Origin: a virus
Lineage: Duplodnaviria > Caudoviricetes
Length of the DNA: 64,000 bases
IMG/VR virus record: IMGVR_UViG_3300032327_000348
Location: 1-64,000 of that record
Direction: 5' to 3' (one strand)
Positions 21,429 to 29,894 of the stretch are shown here, piece after piece. The stretch's first letter is position 1. Each line of letters begins with the position of its first letter. The translations under genes and the position numbers were made by a program. Below the pieces are notes generated by a model. It saw only the letters and a program-made list of their open reading frames with translations. It was not told the origin of the DNA and did not search any database.

Positions 21429-21809
21429 ATGATACATAACGATTTTTTCAAAAAATTAACCGAGAATCATCCTTTTATTACTGTTTGTTCCTATGCTAAT
21501 CAAGATTATGTAGGTATTGTTCAGAATAGAGATGATGTTGTCACCACTATATACGATTATGGAGCTATAATTGATCCTGTAATTAAAGAAAAATTTCTAG
21601 AATTGGGTGATATTTGGTGGTGGGAATCTAACAGAATGATTCCTATTAATTTATTTCTGAAAGAGGAATGGATATTATTTAAGCCCTTTATAAGGACTTT
21701 TTATAACAAAAACCTAACTATCGTGCACGGTCCTGCATGTAGTATCAGTGAGTTACACAAACGCAGAACAAAACGCCGTAGTATTACACTTGTGAAGAGG
21801 ATACCGTAA
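21429..21809 (+). CDS. Conserved hypothetical protein
   Basis: WWWESNRMIPINLFL; divergent late promoter. Confidence 0.6.
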   Translation: MIHNDFFKKLTENHPFITVCSYANQDYVGIVQNRDDVVTTIYDYGAIIDPVIKEKFLELGDIWWWESNRMIPINLFLKEEWILFKPFIRTFYNKNLTIVHGPACSISELHKRRTKRRSITLVKRIP

Positions 21810-22365
21810 GTAAATTCATATGCACTACAACTAATTGGGCATAACCTATTGCATGAGCTTTCTTGAATGCATACCCATCATCTCCCTTGTCCCAAATAGT
21901 TTTACTCACCTCACTCCAACTCTTACCTATTAGATGCTTCTTAGCAGGGCGAATCAATGCTAAAAACATTGCTAGTCTAGGAATACTATTAATAGGCTCC
22001 GGCATCTTTTGAATACTCTGATAATGATTTGACAAGTGAATTAATTTCTCAACAAACACTCTATCATTTAATTTACTCCAATCTGGTTCACCCATTAATT
22101 CAATCAAATGTTTTTCATCACGTACTTGATTGTACACATGGACATTCAGTAAGTCTAGCTTAAAGTATCCACGCTTCTCTGCATTTTCATAATGCAATGC
22201 CGACATATTATTGACTGGATCATATGGAATATCAGTCACATAAACACCTGTATTATGCCTACGTATAGGTGTGATATTACGCATTGCCGCTGGCACATGC
22301 TGAATGAACTTTAATAAATCATCACGATTACTAAAGTCAATGTCTACGTCTGAATCAATTCTCAT
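21784..22365 (-). CDS. Miniature DNA polymerase III alpha (DnaE)-like catalytic core
   Basis: DVDIDF, HNTGVYV, GYFKLDLL, LALIRPA, GYAFKKAHAIGYA. Confidence 0.75.
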   Translation of the reverse strand: MRIDSDVDIDFSNRDDLLKFIQHVPAAMRNITPIRRHNTGVYVTDIPYDPVNNMSALHYENAEKRGYFKLDLLNVHVYNQVRDEKHLIELMGEPDWSKLNDRVFVEKLIHLSNHYQSIQKMPEPINSIPRLAMFLALIRPAKKHLIGKSWSEVSKTIWDKGDDGYAFKKAHAIGYAQLVVVHMNLLTVSSSQV

Positions 22366-22913
22366 CGTGGGGGTGCTACCAATCCTGCTTTAATTAACTT
22401 AGTATAAGCTTTTTGCACAACAATAGCTTGTCTTTCGGCATCTTCTACCGCTTTGTGACTTGTAACATGTCCGCCATCTTTGAGACTAACTCCCGAAATA
22501 TCGAACAATGTTCGTGTATCTCTGATATCCCAAAAGTTCCATGGTGTATTCTTACCAAACTGTCGCCATGCATGATCCATTACTACCACGTCAAACGATG
22601 CACCATTACTCCATGCACACTTGCCACGATTCCAACAAAACTTGTACAATTGATTCATTGCTTCTTCAAATGATACACGATCTTTATCGCCCATAGCTTC
22701 TTCAATTGCTTCAGGTGATTGCTTACCCCACCACTCCATAGTTGCATCGTTTATACTACGATTATAAATCTCTGTTTGGTCTTCAATTGTAGGTCTAATT
22801 TCAATCTTGTCAATAATACCTTGACCTTTAGGGTCAAACAATACTGCACCTATAGTAAGAATCACACAATCAGGGGAGGTGTCAAGTGATTCAATGTCAA
22901 TCATTATATCCAT
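22362..22913 (-). CDS. DEDD-family 3'-5' exonuclease (T4 DexA-like)
   Basis: MIDIESL, WSNGASFD, RDTRT, HKAVEDA. Confidence 0.85.
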   Translation of the reverse strand: MDIMIDIESLDTSPDCVILTIGAVLFDPKGQGIIDKIEIRPTIEDQTEIYNRSINDATMEWWGKQSPEAIEEAMGDKDRVSFEEAMNQLYKFCWNRGKCAWSNGASFDVVVMDHAWRQFGKNTPWNFWDIRDTRTLFDISGVSLKDGGHVTSHKAVEDAERQAIVVQKAYTKLIKAGLVAPPR

Positions 22914-22914
22914 A

Positions 22915-23262
22915 TTATGCCTGTAATGTTTTCCAAATATATTTCTTCTCTAAGTAGTCTTGCAACATTAATGCCTCTGATTCGCTATGGAATGCTACCC
23001 CTCTAATCTCATACATGTCTTCTAGGTATCTAGCGTAATTACCATTGATATCTCGGTTCCAAGTAGTCCTATTAATCCACATAATATCAACTTCATCATT
23101 AAAGAGTAATATACTAATACCGACTTCATTACTACCTATGTCTTTAAATAAAACATCAAGTAATTTTTTCTTTGTATCAAACTGGTTAATGTTCTTCCAC
23201 TTAGGCCATGATAACATAAATTTATTATCTTGTAAAGATGTTATAGAAAATAATTGGTTCAT
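22915..23262 (-). CDS. Hypothetical protein
   Basis: Translationally coupled ORF. Confidence 0.55.
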   Translation of the reverse strand: MNQLFSITSLQDNKFMLSWPKWKNINQFDTKKKLLDVLFKDIGSNEVGISILLFNDEVDIMWINRTTWNRDINGNYARYLEDMYEIRGVAFHSESEALMLQDYLEKKYIWKTLQA

Positions 23263-23531
23263 TGGAATTTTAATAAAAATATTAGGTACTTCTTTTCGTC
23301 TACTATCTTATAACCATCTGTTATGTTGCCACCAACAATGTTCATCTTTACACCGTACTGTCCTTCAAGGTAATCTTCAAAATCATATGCATCGAATTCG
23401 GTGTACTTGTTTTGTTCTTGGTATTCTCTACGCACAAGTTTTAATGCCGCCCAATAGTCCCGGCGTTTTTTACGATGTTCTATATTAGGATCATCGTCAT
23501 CGTAATCTTGTATGTGCGGTATAGTTGCCAT
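23259..23531 (-). CDS. Small protein, C-terminal FxL(K/R) family
   Basis: Ends YLIFLLKFQ. Confidence 0.55.
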   Translation of the reverse strand: MATIPHIQDYDDDDPNIEHRKKRRDYWAALKLVRREYQEQNKYTEFDAYDFEDYLEGQYGVKMNIVGGNITDGYKIVDEKKYLIFLLKFQ

Positions 23532-23544
23532 TATTTCATATTCA

Positions 23545-23781
23545 TTAAAAACTTAACTTACACAATATTACATCACGCTCATACCTGAATTTAAGTTGTA
23601 TGAGTCCTCTACTGATACGCCATCTAGCATGACGCTCACAGTTGTCTATTCTATTATACAGCCATTCCAATATATTATCGTATTTTTCGGTCATGTTCAT
23701 ACTAACATGTATTTCATGTTCGTGCCAACCCGGATCAGTTTCTTCCCAACCACGATCAGTGTCAAAGTTTTGAACTCTCAT
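23545..23781 (-). CDS. Small protein, C-terminal FxL(K/R) family
   Basis: Ends KFRYERDVILCKLSF. Confidence 0.55.
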   Translation of the reverse strand: MRVQNFDTDRGWEETDPGWHEHEIHVSMNMTEKYDNILEWLYNRIDNCERHARWRISRGLIQLKFRYERDVILCKLSF

Positions 23782-23987
23782 CCCCACCTCAACATAAAAT
23801 AACTTGCATTGCTATCATTATAAAAAGTGAAAACTGTTTGTTTTGGGATTTCCCCAATCATTTCATCCCATTTACTTTGGTGGTATTCAAAATCAAAATC
23901 TTTGCCCAACACCCATCCTTTTTGTTTAAGTTCGGTTACTATATCTAGTGTAGTGACAACACTAATGTATAATATTACTTTAGCCAC
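23778..23987 (-). CDS. Small protein, C-terminal FxL(K/R)W family
   Basis: Ends FTFYNDSNASYFMLRWG. Confidence 0.55.
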   Translation of the reverse strand: MAKVILYISVVTTLDIVTELKQKGWVLGKDFDFEYHQSKWDEMIGEIPKQTVFTFYNDSNASYFMLRWG

Positions 23988-24177
23988 ACTTCAACTCAAA
24001 CAAAATGGCATCACGCTCATTGTCAAAATAAAAGTCCATATAGTCCTAGGTCGCATGTGTGGTAAATTTATCACCCGGCAATCCGTATTGTTCCATTGCC
24101 CAGACACAGGTCTCATTCCAATTATTAATTGTATCACCCTTTTGCCAAGGTATACGAACTCTAGTACCCGCCAGCAT
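23980..24177 (-). pseudogene. Small FxL(K/R)-family gene with internal TAG
   Basis: MLAGTRVRIPW...GLPGDKFTTHAT*DYMDFYFDNERDAILFELKCG; TAG at 24046-24048; both ends overlap neighbouring genes. Confidence 0.65.
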
Positions 24178-24880
24178 TTAATAATTCCTTAACTTGTTTT
24201 ACATTCTCCGGCTCACGATGAAACTTCAATGCCCATTTCTCAGGATCAATATAATCAAACACCATCTTAACATGACCTGGCTCTAATGATTCTACAAATT
24301 TGACACCGCTCTCACTCTGAAACAACATCCATGGACTGATTCTGCCCCTTGTAATTTCTAAACAGATTCTATTAATATTTCCATATCGTAAGTAATCGTT
24401 GCTTTGAACCTTTTCAATTTCTGCTAATAATATTGTTGTTTCAATACTACGATGAATAGCATCTAACGGATCTTCTGTACGAACATATTCAAGCAGATAA
24501 TTTGTATAGTTCGAGTCAGTACACCAATTGTCAATTCTGATTTGATTCTTTACTAGCCAATCAGCATACCTGCTAACATTCAATGCATTAATCTCTACAC
24601 AGTGATTGCCAAACTTTACAAACGCTGTATAGTAGGGACTCTTAATGAATTCTTCGTTAGTCTTTGCTTTCTTACTTGCGCTATTTTTTTTATAAAACTG
24701 TACAAAGGCTTGGTAAGCAATACGATTACCTTGTAAGTCTTTGTTCAACCATCTACGTTTAGATTCGCACATGTGGGTGAGCAATGTAGATTCACGCAAA
24801 TATTCACCTGCACAAAACTCACATTTAAATTTAGGCTTATTGATTGCCTCTATCTCTTTCGTATTGCTCAATTTCTTCAT
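24161..24880 (-). CDS. Conserved protein with N-terminal zinc finger
   Basis: FKCEFC...HMCE; GRISPWML. Confidence 0.6.
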   Translation of the reverse strand: MKKLSNTKEIEAINKPKFKCEFCAGEYLRESTLLTHMCESKRRWLNKDLQGNRIAYQAFVQFYKKNSASKKAKTNEEFIKSPYYTAFVKFGNHCVEINALNVSRYADWLVKNQIRIDNWCTDSNYTNYLLEYVRTEDPLDAIHRSIETTILLAEIEKVQSNDYLRYGNINRICLEITRGRISPWMLFQSESGVKFVESLEPGHVKMVFDYIDPEKWALKFHREPENVKQVKELLNAGGY

Positions 24881-25433
24881 CAGTTACCATTTGACTTAAT
24901 AATTCGATATCTGCAATTTTCATTGACGGATATAACTCTGCAAGATATGTTTTCTTATGTTGTTCTTTTACAAACTCTTTTGATATTTCAGTAATAGATT
25001 CAGTGTCTGCCTTTGGATATACTTTTGTATAGTAATCTTTAATATCTTTGAGAACAGCTTTTTCTTTAAGGCTACTAACCTTCTCTTTAATCTGAGGCAT
25101 CCAAGGATGAAATTGTTTTCCTAGACCAGGACTACTAGCACATAGCATTAACCATTGTAGTTTAGGATTCTTCATCACGTTCTCATTGAAGAAATATTTG
25201 TTAGCATAATAATCTGTACTACGCAAATAGTATCCTGCAATCTCACCAGAGCCTTTGATATAGCTCATATACTTAATAAGCATGAAGGGGACAAACTTCT
25301 TTTGTTGTACTTCTGAAAGTCTATCATAGTAACCATAATCTTTTTTGTCTAATGCTAATAGTGCATCAAACAAAGGAAAATCTTGGTTCTCTAATTTTTC
25401 ATCTGCGGGTATTGCAGCTTTTTTAGTTGCCAT
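24837..25433 (-). CDS. Probable clamp loader small subunit (gp62-like)
   Basis: FVPFMLIKYMS...QWLML...FHPW pattern; replication context. Confidence 0.5.
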   Translation of the reverse strand: MATKKAAIPADEKLENQDFPLFDALLALDKKDYGYYDRLSEVQQKKFVPFMLIKYMSYIKGSGEIAGYYLRSTDYYANKYFFNENVMKNPKLQWLMLCASSPGLGKQFHPWMPQIKEKVSSLKEKAVLKDIKDYYTKVYPKADTESITEISKEFVKEQHKKTYLAELYPSMKIADIELLSQMVTDEEIEQYERDRGNQ

Positions 25434-25828
25434 TATTTTGTTACCTGTGACAATCTTTTATATTCTGTGTTTGTAGGGTGTACGCCGTCTTTAGATACTT
25501 TTTTAATGTGAATTACTTTATCTTCAAACTTATCTGCTACAATTTCAACCATTTCTTGTATTTCAGGTTTTACTGCAGGAACTATCCAATAAACTTTTTT
25601 TGCATTAACAACACTGCGAATAGCAAACAATTCTTTTAGTGTTTTTACATTTTTATAATCATTACTACCTAGACTGATAATCACTGTATCGGCTGATAAT
25701 TCTTTTGTGATATTTTTATTAACCCAGTTTTTGCTATTGATTCCAACTTGAGCATATACAACACATTCAGGACGTTGTTGTGCTATACCAATTGCAATAC
25801 TATCACCTAAAATTAAACATTCTAACAT
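25433..25828 (-). CDS. SGNH/GDSL hydrolase
   Basis: ILGDSI, LGSND, DGVHP. Confidence 0.8.
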   Translation of the reverse strand: MLECLILGDSIAIGIAQQRPECVVYAQVGINSKNWVNKNITKELSADTVIISLGSNDYKNVKTLKELFAIRSVVNAKKVYWIVPAVKPEIQEMVEIVADKFEDKVIHIKKVSKDGVHPTNTEYKRLSQVTK

Positions 25829-25829
25829 A

Positions 25830-26330
25830 TTAAAAAGCCTGACTATAATCTACAATCTCACAATTACGACTAATTTCTTTTACAAAATATACGCATTGGG
25901 GTTTTGAACCATCTTCGATGGGCACACATAAGAACTGCCCGTTCTTCAATCGTGGTGCATACCATGTTACATCATGGTATATATCTACAATTTCAATAGG
26001 CAAAAAGCTAGGACTAAAACTGGTTAGTGGATTAAATTGGAATGCATTAAATCCCCTATCATTGATACTTGTTAGGGGTAGTGTTTCTAAATCACCATGC
26101 TCTTTTTCTCCAATAAGTATTTGCCAATCAATGGGCATTTTAATAGTATTATTTCCTATTTTTAATACAAGTGCAGGGCTATTAAATGATTCTAAAAATA
26201 TCAATGGAATATAATGATAGTCTACGTTACTCGGGTTTGAATTGTCAAGTATTGCAAACCTAACATCATCTACTTCTTCGGGAAGATTTTCTAAATTATA
26301 TTTTGTGTTATCTAGTAATAGTATGTTCAT
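25830..26330 (-). CDS. Conserved hypothetical protein (possible degenerate Hint fold)
   Basis: Beta-rich ORF downstream of uvsW with its own promoter. Confidence 0.55.
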   Translation of the reverse strand: MNILLLDNTKYNLENLPEEVDDVRFAILDNSNPSNVDYHYIPLIFLESFNSPALVLKIGNNTIKMPIDWQILIGEKEHGDLETLPLTSINDRGFNAFQFNPLTSFSPSFLPIEIVDIYHDVTWYAPRLKNGQFLCVPIEDGSKPQCVYFVKEISRNCEIVDYSQAF

Positions 26331-26377
26331 GGTTATATTTTATCATATTTTATTTGGTTAGTCAACATATTATGGTT

Positions 26378-27856
26378 TTATTTATAATACAATTTTTCAA
26401 TTGAAAAAGGATAATTGGCTTCTTTATAGAATGTTTTTCGTTGAGTTAAGTGTCGTTTGGCAAACTTACAATTGCTTGTAATGTCCCAAATCTGAACAAA
26501 GTCTTTATCTTCTGCTTTACGAATTCCACGCCCAATACTTTGAATAACTCTTACGAAACTTTTACCCGGTTCCAATAGCATCACATTAAAGATACGAGGA
26601 ATGTTAATACCAACTGCCGCTACACCATATGTTGCGATAATGATTTTGTTAGTAGCAGTAGCAATGTCATCATAATGTTCGGTTCTAGTTGTACCTTTAG
26701 TACCACCTGAAACAAACACTACATTCTCTTCCGGCACACCTAGTTCTTCAAGTTTCAAATGCAGTAGTTGTCCGGCCTCAATTCTATCAACTAGAATTAA
26801 TGTATTGCCACTGTTCTTAACTGTACTAGATAACTCGGCAATCTTTTGCATTCGTTTTTCATCACTGGTCAAGAATTTAAGTTCGCTTTGATAGTTTGTA
26901 AATTCCATACCATCTTGTAATTGAACGATGTTCACATGACATTGTGATAGTACACCCATGTCTTGTAGTGTGCTGGCAGACAATTGATTAATGACAGGCC
27001 CTAAACTCACAGTCAATGACATTGACTCATGTTTAGCTTTAGGGATTGTTCCAGTCAATCCCCAACGCAATGGGATACGACTCATCACACCAGACAATAA
27101 TGACTTAAGCACATCAGCCTTTGCTTGGTGTACCTCGTCAACAATCACACACACTACGCCTTCAATAAAGTCTTGAAATGGTACTTCTGCGTCACCTGCT
27201 TTAGTATTCTTCAACATGTTACCAAGACTTTGCCATGTGCATATGGTATGTGTCTTGTCATATTCTTTGCGGCCACCATAGTATACACCTACATCTAAAC
27301 CCAAATTGATGTAATCTTTTTCTGTTTGTGTGACCAGACTAGTGTTAGGCACAATAACAATACTACGACCATATTGTTCTACACAACTTGATAGTGCGGC
27401 AGTGATTAATGTCTTACCTGCGCCTGTAGCAATTTCTTGCAATGACTGTGGGTTCTTCAAATAGTTATTGATAATCTCAATTTGATAGTCACGCAATATA
27501 ATAGGTTGTCCTACCATTGGATGACCTACTGGCCAATTCTTGTGCTTGAATGTATCCTCGGACACTTCAGTAAATGTGAATGTTGTTTGATAATCTCTAG
27601 TATCATCTAGTTCAATATCATACCCGGCTTGATCCAGCAATGGTAATATCTCCGGTAACAAGTTGATGTATGTACTGCCACCTAGTGCAAAGAAACTGCT
27701 CTTACCATTCCATCTACCTAACCTTACTGCAGGAAGATATCTTGCACCGGGAACTTCAAACTCAAACATTTTCATCAGTGTTTTGCGATCACCTAATTCT
27801 AGGCCCTCAAGTTTGCAATTTACTTCATCTCTAATTATTAATTTACATTCTTTCAT
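26378..27856 (-). CDS. uvsW: SF2 helicase UvsW
   Basis: LRDYQ, ATGAGKT, DEVH, GLTGT, QSIGRGIR. Confidence 0.9.
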   Translation of the reverse strand: MKECKLIIRDEVNCKLEGLELGDRKTLMKMFEFEVPGARYLPAVRLGRWNGKSSFFALGGSTYINLLPEILPLLDQAGYDIELDDTRDYQTTFTFTEVSEDTFKHKNWPVGHPMVGQPIILRDYQIEIINNYLKNPQSLQEIATGAGKTLITAALSSCVEQYGRSIVIVPNTSLVTQTEKDYINLGLDVGVYYGGRKEYDKTHTICTWQSLGNMLKNTKAGDAEVPFQDFIEGVVCVIVDEVHQAKADVLKSLLSGVMSRIPLRWGLTGTIPKAKHESMSLTVSLGPVINQLSASTLQDMGVLSQCHVNIVQLQDGMEFTNYQSELKFLTSDEKRMQKIAELSSTVKNSGNTLILVDRIEAGQLLHLKLEELGVPEENVVFVSGGTKGTTRTEHYDDIATATNKIIIATYGVAAVGINIPRIFNVMLLEPGKSFVRVIQSIGRGIRKAEDKDFVQIWDITSNCKFAKRHLTQRKTFYKEANYPFSIEKLYYK

Positions 27857-28854
27857 TTAGGTCCTAAATCTATTGGTTCTGAGTTTACAAACTTAATTAC
27901 TTTAAACAATTTCATAGGTCGATGTGCATTCCATGAAAAACTGTGATGATATACTACAACAGGATTATTGTAATCTTTAAAGTCTTTAAAATTGCATATG
28001 TTAATATTTGTATTAAGAGTTTCAAGCAAATTATTAGGTAAAAATGTTTTGACTTCGCTAATAGCATCGCATCCAAATTCTTCTAACCATTTTATTGCCA
28101 ATTTAGTATCACTCAATTCTATCTCTGTTTGAAAACTTGTAGCAAGTTTTACTTTAATGGCATTTTCTGTTTTTAAAAAATGATCAGTAACTGATTGATC
28201 TATTGCAATACCATATTTAACTAATGTTGCTATTGTTCTTAAATCATCTGTTAATGGAATATCTTTAATTGCCTCATATAAAGGTTCATTCAATGCGGCA
28301 ATGTAATATTGATTATTATAAACTAAAGTAGGAACCCAGTATTTAATATTCTCATATGCACTAAGACTATCGACAATTTGCTTTACCGTGTCACAGTAAT
28401 TTAGTATTGAATAATGATCTGCTGTTAAGTACATCAATTCTTTTAAATTAGTATGGCTATACTCTGCTTCATACTGTCTTTTGTCTTTAACCCATTCTAA
28501 TGAATATATTGGTTTCTTTTTAAGTGCAGTTAAAAAGTTTTTATTAAAAGGTGATCGTAGTATAAGTTTTTCATTTTCTATTTTAATAAAAGCTCCGGTA
28601 TATTCGGGTACACTTTCTACAATATCTACACTCCATGGTCGATTTAATACTTCTTCTACTTCCATTTTTAATTGTGAGAATTGTCTTTTATATTTGCGTG
28701 TTACCTTTTTAAATAAAAGGTCCTGATTACTGGTAATCCTATTGTGTTGTATAATATAAAAGGTAAGATTATTTACAAACTGGTCATCATATCTGCTCAA
28801 TCTAATATTAGTGAGCATCCATGTTGCAAGTTCATTAAGTGTTTTAAAATCCAT
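27853..28854 (-). CDS. Hypothetical protein
   Basis: 333-aa ORF coupled to uvsW; TTGCTT-17-TATACT upstream. Confidence 0.6.
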   Translation of the reverse strand: MDFKTLNELATWMLTNIRLSRYDDQFVNNLTFYIIQHNRITSNQDLLFKKVTRKYKRQFSQLKMEVEEVLNRPWSVDIVESVPEYTGAFIKIENEKLILRSPFNKNFLTALKKKPIYSLEWVKDKRQYEAEYSHTNLKELMYLTADHYSILNYCDTVKQIVDSLSAYENIKYWVPTLVYNNQYYIAALNEPLYEAIKDIPLTDDLRTIATLVKYGIAIDQSVTDHFLKTENAIKVKLATSFQTEIELSDTKLAIKWLEEFGCDAISEVKTFLPNNLLETLNTNINICNFKDFKDYNNPVVVYHHSFSWNAHRPMKLFKVIKFVNSEPIDLGPK

Positions 28855-28899
28855 CTACTAAGTATAACAGGACACTGCACAAAAAGCAAAGTAATAGGC

Positions 28900-28922
28900 A
28901 AAAAAAGGGGACCTGAGTCCCC
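28900..28922 (-). terminator. Intrinsic terminator
   Basis: GGGGAC-TCAG-GTCCCC-T7. Confidence 0.8.
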
Positions 28923-28994
28923 AAAGAAATGAAACTTATCGAAGAGGACTTATTGACATTGCCTCTACGCACACTGCAGGGGTTAACCTTTTAT

Positions 28995-29105
28995 TTAAGA
29001 TTCATCTTCGCACGGTGCTGTCCAACCACATAGTTGGCAATGACGGGCACCCAGAGATCCAAGATACACACCGCAATCTTCATTTTGACAATACAGATAA
29101 CTCAT
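28995..29105 (-). CDS. 36-aa zinc-ribbon microprotein (early)
   Basis: MSYLYCQNEDCGVYLGSLGARHCQLCGWTAPCEDES; AGGTG RBS; perfect promoter upstream; not in ORF track. Confidence 0.6.
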   Translation of the reverse strand: MSYLYCQNEDCGVYLGSLGARHCQLCGWTAPCEDES

Positions 29106-29135
29106 TACGACACCTATTAGTGATTCAATACAAGT

Positions 29136-29164
29136 ATTATAGCACTATATCCATTTAATGTCAA
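29136..29164 (-). promoter_or_regulatory. Early sigma70-type promoter
   Basis: TTGACA-17-TATAAT followed by ACTTGTATTGA. Confidence 0.85.
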
Positions 29165-29172
29165 GTTTTGGC

Positions 29173-29261
29173 ATAAATAAAAGTGAGGGTCACGATGCGT
29201 CAACATCTACCCTCTCTAATGCTAAAGTATTACATTTAGGAGCACCAGCATGAATATTTAT
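29173..29261 (+). promoter_or_regulatory. Late promoter plus structured leader of GIY-YIG gene (copy 1)
   Basis: ATAAATAAAAGT-GAGGGT..GATG/CATC..ACCCTC-TCTAATGCT..AGGAGCACCAGC-ATGAATATTTAT; second copy at 40282-40359. Confidence 0.75.
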
Positions 29262-29885
29262 ACTAGAAAGAATCCTCCTACAGGGTTCTATGTTTACGCA
29301 TACTTGCGACAAGACAACACCCCTTATTACATCGGAAAAGGTCACTGCATCCGAGCATGGAATCAGCACGATAAAGGTATACACCCACCCAAAGATCAGA
29401 CAAAGATTGTCATACTTGAATCTAACTTAACTGACATAGGGGCATTAGCACTTGAAAGAAGAATGATTCGTTGGTATGGTCGCAGAGATACGAATACCGG
29501 AATTCTCAGAAACTTAACCGATGGCGGTGACGGTTCTGCTGGATATGTTCCGACAGAGGAAACAAGAATTAAAATAAGTATAGCAGGTAAAGGTAGAAAA
29601 TTAAAACCTAGAACTAAAGAGCACAGTGAAGCATTGAGCAAATCATTGACCGGCAGAAAGTTAAGCGAAGATCATATTGCTAAAATTAAAGGGAGACCTG
29701 CTTGGAATAAAGGACTAATTGGGCACTTCACACAATCTGAGGAATCAAACAACAAGAGGTCTGAGACACTCGCAGGAAGAGTTCCGTGGAATAAAGGAAA
29801 GTCTACGAATAAAGAGACCTTAGAGAAACAACAATTAGCAAGAGTAGGTAAGAAACGAGGTCCTTACAAAAAGAAAGGGGCATAA
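29250..29885 (+). mobile_element. Free-standing GIY-YIG homing endonuclease with NUMOD3/PWNKG tail
   Basis: FYVYAYLR..PYYIGKG..RAW, ERRMI, LRNLTDGGDG; inverted relative to neighbours. Confidence 0.85.
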
Positions 29886-29894
29886 GCCCCTATC

